Shown one piece after another: positions 57,386 to 64,000 of a stretch of DNA of 64,000 bases (within the stretch, counting starts at the first letter, position 1; each line of letters starts with the position of its first letter). Position numbers and translations under genes: made by a program. The notes under the pieces are model-generated. The model saw nothing but the letters and a program-made list of their open reading frames with translations, was not told the DNA's origin and ran no database searches. Source of the stretch: Acidimicrobiia bacterium (GTDB lineage Bacteria > Actinomycetota > Acidimicrobiia > Acidimicrobiales > Bin134); contig JAJDUJ010000029.1 of NCBI GenBank assembly GCA_022826705.1, positions 11,026 to 75,025 of the forward strand, given 5' to 3'.

Positions 57386-58587
57386 ATGTACTCGGCTGGG
57401 CCGGGGTTGTCGGGGTCCATGAGATTGGCCATGATCCGCAGGGCCCACTCCATGGCCGGGCGAGATTGCATGCCGATCCGGGTCAGCTGCCGCAGCAACG
57501 CCGGCTTGCCGATCAGCCGGGCGAATATCCGGGCCACTCGGAAGTACGCCCCGTAGTTCTCCTCCAACAGTTTCGGGTACCGCCAGATCGCCCCGCCGTC
57601 ACCGGTGGCGATGGCCTCGGCCACCAAGTCGGCGGCCATCTTCCCGGTCTCGTAGGCGTAGTCGATGCCCTCGCCGTTGAAGGGGTTCACCGATCCGGCC
57701 GCGTCTCCCACCACCAGATACTTCGGACCCACTTTCGGGTGTACCGACCCGGCCATGGGCAGACGCCCTCCCACCGGCTCCATGAGCGGCCGGTTGGGGT
57801 CGATCTCCCAGTAGGGAGGGAGCGTGGCCGCGAACTCCCGCATCAGATGGGAGGTGTTCACCGAGGTGTAGTCGCGGAACGTGGACAACAGCCCTGCGCC
57901 CACGTTCACGCTTCCATCGCCCAGAGGGAAGATCCAGCCATAGCCGGGCAGCGAATTGCCATTGCGGTCTCGCATGTCCAGGGCGCTCTCGATCCACGGC
58001 GTGTCGTGCAGCGGGCTCTCGAAGTAGGTGCGGATCGCCATGCCCTGGGGGTAGGCCCGGTCTCGGGCGGTGCCCAGGGCCCGGCCGAACCGGGAGTTGG
58101 CCCCGTCGGCCACCGCCACATATTGGGCCTGGATCTGGTCGGTTTGCCCGGTGGCCTTATCCACCACCTCGGCCCCGTCGAGCACCCCGTTGACCAGGAG
58201 CGGTTGGGTGGCTTCGGTGCCCAGGAGCATCTCGGCCCCGGCGGCCACCGCATGGTCGGCCACCAGCTTGTCGAGCTCCCGCCGTCGAACCACATAGCCA
58301 TAGTCGGGGAACACCGAGTGCTTCGGCCAGGCCAGCTCCATGGTGCGCTTGTGGGCCACCGCCCGCAGGCCCCCGTAGCGGTGGTAGCGGGTGAGCTGGT
58401 CGGCCAGGCCCATGTCGCACAGCGACTTGACCGCCCGGGGGGTGAGTCCATCGCCGCAGGTCTTGTCGCGGGGGAACTCCTTGCGCTCCACCACCACCAC
58501 GTCGAGGCCGTGGCGGGCTGCCCAGTAGGCGGTGGCTGCTCCGGCCGGACCACCGCCTATCACCAACAGGTCGCGGCGAGGCGTCAT
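57304..58587 (-). CDS. Geranylgeranyl reductase family FAD oxidoreductase (MenJ-like)
   Basis: IGGGPAG, PRDKTCGDG, ADGANS, GYGWIFP, VGDAAG.VNPFNGEGI; convergent overlap with hemL. Confidence 0.9.
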   Translation of the reverse strand: MTPRRDLLVIGGGPAGAATAYWAARHGLDVVVVERKEFPRDKTCGDGLTPRAVKSLCDMGLADQLTRYHRYGGLRAVAHKRTMELAWPKHSVFPDYGYVVRRRELDKLVADHAVAAGAEMLLGTEATQPLLVNGVLDGAEVVDKATGQTDQIQAQYVAVADGANSRFGRALGTARDRAYPQGMAIRTYFESPLHDTPWIESALDMRDRNGNSLPGYGWIFPLGDGSVNVGAGLLSTFRDYTSVNTSHLMREFAATLPPYWEIDPNRPLMEPVGGRLPMAGSVHPKVGPKYLVVGDAAGSVNPFNGEGIDYAYETGKMAADLVAEAIATGDGGAIWRYPKLLEENYGAYFRVARIFARLIGKPALLRQLTRIGMQSRPAMEWALRIMANLMDPDNPGPAEYIYKAAEKASTVSSMSSSAWARLGNRAS

Positions 58588-58635
58588 CGACAGGATTCGC
58601 GGTTGATCACGCCGCCGACTCGGCTCGCGAGAGGA

Positions 58636-59424
58636 TTAGCCCGCTCCGACTCCGGCGGTGGACAGCAGGCCGCTCAACGTGCTGCGGAAGGTCTGTCCGA
58701 TGGCGAATTGGCTTGGCACCACCCCTTCGGCCTCAAACAGCTCTTCCAGATCATGCAGGTCGGCCTCATCGGCACCACCGATCTCCACCCGCTCGAAGTA
58801 GGTCACCGCCAGGATCTCCCGGGCGCTCAGGTCTTCGCCGAAGGCGGGCATGCCGTTGGCCGCTCCCAGTGACACCTCGTTGTTGTCGCCATACAGGGTG
58901 CCAGGTTCGGCGGGGGAGCCGTTGACGATCCAGATGACGTGGTCTCGCCAGTCGCCGAAGGTGGCCATTACCTCGCCGTTGCTCAACGCCGGGCCCACTC
59001 CGCCGCCGCCTTCGGCGCCGTGGCAGCCGGCGCAACCGCCGCTGCCGTCATACACCTCCCGGCCCATGGCAATGATCTCGCTGTCGCGCTCGGGCGATTC
59101 CAGAGTGCCGGCGAAGATGATGGCCCAGAACGGTAGGAAGATCAGCACCGGCACGGCCCACACCGGAATCTTCTTGCGACTCAAAGCGGCCTGTACCCAT
59201 GGCTTGACCGGTTCCGGTTGGGGTTCGGGCTCCGGCTCCAGGTCGGGAAGCTCGGGCAATGAGGGGCCCGCCGCGGCGGCCGGGGCCTGGGTTTCAGCCA
59301 CCGCAGGGGCGGCGGATGTCTCCGATGGCGGTGCCTCTGCGGCCGGTTCGTCGCCGGTGGACGCGCCGAGGTCCTTGCGACGATCTGCCGATCGTTTCAG
59401 CAGATGCTCGGGTACTTCTACCAA
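58636..59424 (-). CDS. Membrane-anchored monoheme cytochrome c
   Basis: CAGCH, distal MP; one TM helix; GGAGGAG RBS before TTG 59424. Confidence 0.85.
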   Translation of the reverse strand: MVEVPEHLLKRSADRRKDLGASTGDEPAAEAPPSETSAAPAVAETQAPAAAAGPSLPELPDLEPEPEPQPEPVKPWVQAALSRKKIPVWAVPVLIFLPFWAIIFAGTLESPERDSEIIAMGREVYDGSGGCAGCHGAEGGGGVGPALSNGEVMATFGDWRDHVIWIVNGSPAEPGTLYGDNNEVSLGAANGMPAFGEDLSAREILAVTYFERVEIGGADEADLHDLEELFEAEGVVPSQFAIGQTFRSTLSGLLSTAGVGAG

Positions 59425-59585
59425 CGCTCCTCCGGTGTGATTCCCGGCCGGCACCACGTCCAGCCCCGTGCCACATTAGGCCCGCTCAAGGCTAACGGCC
59501 TAACCATTGCCAGCAGTGGCTTGGGTGCCTGGAGTATTGACGTACTCTATTGTTTTGAACTTGCAGAAGTGGGCATAATGAGCCG

Positions 59586-60224
59586 GTGAGAATGTCTGAG
59601 ACATCGGAAGCTATCCGATGGATTACAGCAATGGGGCCAAACTCGTGGTTCTGGGGTCACCAGGTTCCCGTTCGTCCCCATGTTGCTCAGCCTGTCTTGT
59701 CGAGACTGTGCAGGGAAAAGTCGCTTGGTCTGCACCGTGTGGTGCGCGGTCTCTACTGGCTGGGCTTCCCCGAAGATCACGAATATCACGGGATTGGCCC
59801 CAATCTTGAGATCGGCGCCTTGATCTACGCTGGACCTGGAGCAGGTCTAGCTCGCTGGAATGCACTGAACAGGATGGGATGGACGCTTCAGTGCGATCCC
59901 AAGGCCTCCGTGGCTGTCTTGGGTCGTCGGTTGCAGCCGATTGATCCCACCGTTCGCTTTTTCACGAATAGGAACCGCAGACGCGAGTCTTTGACATGGG
60001 CAGAAGTCACAATTTTGGAGGCTCTCGCCATGTTCCCCTACACCGAGGAGCCGTGGGACGACTGCTTGGAGACATTGAAGAACGGCGTGTCCGCCGGTCG
60101 GCTCAAGTGGGATCTGCCGATGAGACCCGAGGCCCTGCTCTGGGCCGCAGAAACCGAAGGCGGAGACGAAAACATGCTTGAGAGAGCCCAGGGAATCTCT
60201 AAAGTGCTCTCGGGGCCGCGTTGA
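59586..60224 (+). CDS. AbiEi-like (type IV TA) antitoxin
   Basis: LSRL...LHRVVRGLY winged-helix motif; overlaps the start of the nucleotidyltransferase gene. Confidence 0.65.
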   Translation: MRMSETSEAIRWITAMGPNSWFWGHQVPVRPHVAQPVLSRLCREKSLGLHRVVRGLYWLGFPEDHEYHGIGPNLEIGALIYAGPGAGLARWNALNRMGWTLQCDPKASVAVLGRRLQPIDPTVRFFTNRNRRRESLTWAEVTILEALAMFPYTEEPWDDCLETLKNGVSAGRLKWDLPMRPEALLWAAETEGGDENMLERAQGISKVLSGPR

Positions 60225-61222
60225 GGCTTTCTGGGTCTGAGTTCCTTGACCAGCCGGGTATCGGTCCTGGCGCACCAGGGCTGGCTGGGGCACTTGGGCG
60301 ATTCGAGACCCTGGCCGAAAGGGTCAAAGGGGGTCTTGGAATTGCTGCTCGTGAAATTGTCAGGGACTACTGGTTGACCGCCTGTCTATTCGGAATCGTT
60401 TCGAATAGTCCAAGCGGTCTGATGTTTCGCGGGGGCGGCAACAGCGAACCACTGGCACGATGCGTATTCGCGGGAGGCACTTCTCTGGTCTCGGCGTGGG
60501 CGATCACGGAGCGTTATTCCGAAGACTTGGATCTGCTCGTGTTGACCGTGGAACAGCGGCCCACAAATAGCGCGGCCAAGAGGGCGCTCGGTGTGCCGAC
60601 TGGCTGGGTGGCGTCTTCTCTCAATCTCTTGAAGGAGGAAATTGATACCAGGCACATGGGCAATGTCGGATTCAGGCGGTCACATCTGGAGATCGGCGGA
60701 GAGCCAGGCTTCTTGAAGATCGAGACCACAGTTGAACCGACCGACGACGCACTCTTCAAGACACGTACTGTCACCTCCCTCCTGGGTAGATTTGCTACTT
60801 CCGACGACCTCGACCACTTTCCAGAGCTCGGAGGTTTCGAGATGCCCTGTGTCGTGCCTGGGTACACGGCGGCCAACAAGTTCGACGCCCTGCACCGGCG
60901 AGCCGTGGCCGGAGAAATCAACGAGCTGGCTCAAAGGGGCCGCGATCTATACGACTTGGCCAGGATTGCCTCTTCAGAACACGCCAGTGAGGCTCGGGAG
61001 CTGATCCCGTTCCTTGCAGAGCGGTCATCGTCCTCCCCGGGACGCCGGCAGGATGTCCCGCGCCCTCAAGGGGGTTACGCCAACAGCCCTGCGTTCAAGT
61101 CTGGCTCAGAGCCCCAAGATGCCCTCAAGAATGGCTACCTGGCAGCCACTGATCTCATTTGGGGGAAAGCGCCCTCGTTTGATGAAGCCATTGAGATGGC
61201 GGTCAGCCTCGACAGTGCATAG
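60221..61222 (+). CDS. AbiEii-like nucleotidyltransferase toxin
   Basis: FAGGTSL...RYSEDLDL, ANKFDAL, RDLYDL. Confidence 0.85.
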   Translation: MRLSGSEFLDQPGIGPGAPGLAGALGRFETLAERVKGGLGIAAREIVRDYWLTACLFGIVSNSPSGLMFRGGGNSEPLARCVFAGGTSLVSAWAITERYSEDLDLLVLTVEQRPTNSAAKRALGVPTGWVASSLNLLKEEIDTRHMGNVGFRRSHLEIGGEPGFLKIETTVEPTDDALFKTRTVTSLLGRFATSDDLDHFPELGGFEMPCVVPGYTAANKFDALHRRAVAGEINELAQRGRDLYDLARIASSEHASEARELIPFLAERSSSSPGRRQDVPRPQGGYANSPAFKSGSEPQDALKNGYLAATDLIWGKAPSFDEAIEMAVSLDSA

Positions 61223-61308
61223 GTCGGCGAACTCCACCACTGGAACTCAGACCAAACCGTTTACAATCAACTCTGTCGCGCCCACCAATAGAAATCGGGG
61301 ATCGTGTA

Positions 61309-63165
61309 ATGGCTGTCGATGTGCAACAGATCACCGGAGTTGCTCAACCGGTGACTCAGCTATTGTCGAACAGGCGTTACGGTCTTGACTTCTACCAGCG
61401 GGAATACAGATGGGAAGACGCTCAGGTCGGCGAGCTAATTGATGACCTTGCTGGTCGTTTCCTGGACGAGTTTGATCAATCTCACGAGCGGACATTCGTC
61501 AACTCATACCGGCCCTACTTCCTTGGACCAATCGTTACTGCGAACCGAGATGGCATCCGATATCTCGTGGACGGCCAGCAGCGCATCACGACGCTCAGCC
61601 TTTTGTTGATCTACATCCGCCGTCTGCTGGACGAGAACTTCCGTGAGGACGCGGAGGCCCTCAACACTCTGATCTTCTCTACGGCATTCGGAAAGAAGAC
61701 ATTCAACATCGACGTCGAAGAGCGACAAGGATGCATGGACGCCATCTTTGAGGGCGAAGAGTTCGACCCAAGTGACGGGCCCGAGTCTGTACGCAACCTT
61801 TGGAACAGGTACCAGACGATCGTCGAGCGGTTCCCCATCGACCTCCAAGGCGACACGCTGCCCTACTTCTCCGACTGGGTACAGCACCGGGTCGTCCTCG
61901 TGGACATCGGTGCTCCCGACCAGGACATGGCCTTGGAGATCTTCGAGGCGATGAATGACCGGGGACTTCGCTTGAGCAACACTGACATGCTCAAGAGCTT
62001 TCTGCTCGCACGTGTCGGCGACGAGCAGGTCATTCGCGAACTCAATGACTCTTGGCGTAAGCGAGTCACCGATCTGGCCGATGCCGAGAAAAATGCTGAT
62101 GCCGAGTTTGTCAAGGCTTGGCTACGGGGCAACTACGCCCTCACCCAGCGAGAGCGCAGGGCCAACGCGGCACCGGGGGACTTCGATGTCATCGGCACGG
62201 CCTTCCACAAGTGGGTCCGCGACAGCGCAGGTGCCATCGGGCTCGAGAGCGAAGCCGACTATCGCCGCTTCGTGGAGGTGGAGTTCTTCGAACTCAGTGG
62301 GCGCTACCTTGAATTGCTCCACGCATCCGGAGAACTGCAGCCTGGCCTCGAAGCCGTCTTCTACAACGCCAGAACCGGCTTCACGCTACAGATCCCGGTG
62401 ATCCTCGCTGCGATCACACCAGATGACGACGATGCAACATTCATGAGGAAGGCAGCTCTAGTTGCCGGAGCGCTCGACATCTATGTGGTGCGAAGGATGG
62501 TGAACTACCGCAACTTCGGCTACTCCACCGTCGTCTACACCATGTTCAATCTGATCAAGGAAGTGCGCAACCAACCTGCTGACGAAATCCGACATGTGCT
62601 AGCCCGCTGGCTTGAGAGCGAACATGAACAGCTTGACGGGATCAGGACATACAGCCTCGCGCAGCGAAACCGAAGGTACATCCGCTACATCCTGGCCCGG
62701 ATGACAGCATGGCTTGACAGCGAACTGGGAACGAGTGGGACATTTGCCGACTATTTCGACAGGTCGAGAAGACACCCATTCGAGGTCGAGCACATCTGGG
62801 CCGACAAATTCGAACGGCACACCGATGAGTTCTCCAACAGCTTCGAATTTCAGGAGCAGCGAAACAGACTGGGAGACCTTGTGCTCCTGCCCAAGGACTT
62901 CAACGCCAGCTATGGCGACATGCCCTACGAGGAGAAAGTCGAGCACTACTACGGTCAAAATCCGCTGGCCCAATCGCTACATCCGAGGACATACGAGAAC
63001 AACCCAAGTTTCCGCCGGCTACGTGACACCTACGGCCTTGCGTTTCAGGCATACCCCGAATCCTTCAAGAAGGCCGATATCGAAGCTCGCCAAGAGCTCT
63101 ACTTGGACCTCGCCAAGGTGGTGTGGGATCCAGCACGCCTTGATCTCATTACCAACCACAAGTGA
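61309..63165 (+). CDS. GmrSD-like type IV restriction enzyme (DUF262 + DUF1524)
   Basis: YQREYRW, DGQQR, FEAMNDRG, EHIW, NRLGDLVLL...N. Confidence 0.88.
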   Translation: MAVDVQQITGVAQPVTQLLSNRRYGLDFYQREYRWEDAQVGELIDDLAGRFLDEFDQSHERTFVNSYRPYFLGPIVTANRDGIRYLVDGQQRITTLSLLLIYIRRLLDENFREDAEALNTLIFSTAFGKKTFNIDVEERQGCMDAIFEGEEFDPSDGPESVRNLWNRYQTIVERFPIDLQGDTLPYFSDWVQHRVVLVDIGAPDQDMALEIFEAMNDRGLRLSNTDMLKSFLLARVGDEQVIRELNDSWRKRVTDLADAEKNADAEFVKAWLRGNYALTQRERRANAAPGDFDVIGTAFHKWVRDSAGAIGLESEADYRRFVEVEFFELSGRYLELLHASGELQPGLEAVFYNARTGFTLQIPVILAAITPDDDDATFMRKAALVAGALDIYVVRRMVNYRNFGYSTVVYTMFNLIKEVRNQPADEIRHVLARWLESEHEQLDGIRTYSLAQRNRRYIRYILARMTAWLDSELGTSGTFADYFDRSRRHPFEVEHIWADKFERHTDEFSNSFEFQEQRNRLGDLVLLPKDFNASYGDMPYEEKVEHYYGQNPLAQSLHPRTYENNPSFRRLRDTYGLAFQAYPESFKKADIEARQELYLDLAKVVWDPARLDLITNHK

Positions 63166-63200
63166 TCCCGCTGAATTCCGGAGCGTTTGTTTGGTGTGGC

Positions 63201-63998
63201 TTAGGCGGCAAGTCCGAGGCGGCGGCGCTCGCTTTCGATGATTTGTTCCTCCTGGGATGACTGAGAGGAGGTTGCCACAGAGCTGTCGATGGCAGCGGAG
63301 GTGGTGCTCTTCATGGCGCTGGGTCGGATGTAGCTGGCGAAGAGGGCCGACTTGCGGGCGAGGATGGCGAGCATGTGTTCGTCGACGCTGTTCTCGGTGA
63401 GCAGCCGGTGTACTTCTACTGGTCGGAGCTGCCCCATGCGGTGGCATCTGGCGATGGCCTGTTCTTCGGTGGAGGGTTTCCACTGGGGTTCGGCGATGAT
63501 GACGACAGAAGCGGCCTGGATGTTGAGTCCGATGCCGCCGGCTTCGATTTGGCTCACGAGGACTGCCGGCTCGCGTCGAGATGTGAACTGGTTTACCAAT
63601 TCTTGTCGCTGTGGTCCTGTCACACTGCCGGTCAGGGGGCCCATGGCGAGTGGGCCGAGCGCGGCGTGCACCCGGTCGAGCACGTCGCGGAAGTACGAGT
63701 ACACGATCACTTTGCGACCGTTGTCTGTGGCTTCTTCGACGATCTCGCGCAGGCGGGCCAATTTGGGCGAGTCAGAAGGGTTGTCGGTAAGGAACACGGC
63801 TCGACGCATTTCCATGAAGTTCCCCGAGGCAACGGCTCTTCGATACCTGTCTGCGGCCGCGCCCTCGAGCGGCAGCCAGTCTGCGGTTTCGATCTTTTCG
63901 GGGAGTTCGTCGAGCACGTCGGTCTGGTTGCGCCGCAGGTACACGGGGGCGGCAGCTCTCTGGAAGGCGTCGGCGCTGTTGCGTCCCTCAACGGTGAG
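63201..63998 (-). CDS. SNF2-family helicase, C-terminal part (5' end outside window)
   Basis: LRRNQ, SPKLARL, QIEAGGIGLNIQAAS, EQAIARCHRMGQ. Confidence 0.88.
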   Translation of the reverse strand, partial: LTVEGRNSADAFQRAAAPVYLRRNQTDVLDELPEKIETADWLPLEGAAADRYRRAVASGNFMEMRRAVFLTDNPSDSPKLARLREIVEEATDNGRKVIVYSYFRDVLDRVHAALGPLAMGPLTGSVTGPQRQELVNQFTSRREPAVLVSQIEAGGIGLNIQAASVVIIAEPQWKPSTEEQAIARCHRMGQLRPVEVHRLLTENSVDEHMLAILARKSALFASYIRPSAMKSTTSAAIDSSVATSSQSSQEEQIIESERRRLGLAA

Positions 63999-64000
63999 AA

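Overview
High-GC actinobacterial window (mshA, whiB, DUF2017-clpS; probably Acidimicrobiia, an inference). In order: an accessory catabolic cluster (1-11.2 kb); vapBC and a frameshifted DUF222/HNH gene; a restriction-modification-like locus (13.3-21.8 kb) just beyond the 3' end of a tRNA Glu/Asp/Phe cluster; a housekeeping block (clpS, ctaA/B, caa3-type oxidase operon preceded by a histidine-less subunit I and a subunit III paralogue, serS, fluC pair, ccdA, whiB7-like with attenuator-like leader, orn, dut, nadX, amt, tRNA-Lys, mshA, proC, hem genes); and a second defence cluster (AbiE, GmrSD, SNF2 helicase). Main result: the N6-adenine methyltransferase locus appears to be a combinatorial, frame-encoded specificity switch. 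(i) A G9 tract precedes two paralogous motif-VIII loops in different frames, and the second ends at a prfB-like +1 frameshift signal (AGGGGG-NNN-CTT-TGA) that would rejoin the main frame. (ii) A (CT)11 tract precedes three paralogous recognition segments, one in each reading frame. (iii) A G11 tract in the first of two tandem specificity subunits would, when lengthened by one base, truncate it and couple translation to the second. No recombinase is needed. The sequence architecture is read directly; all function is inferred.
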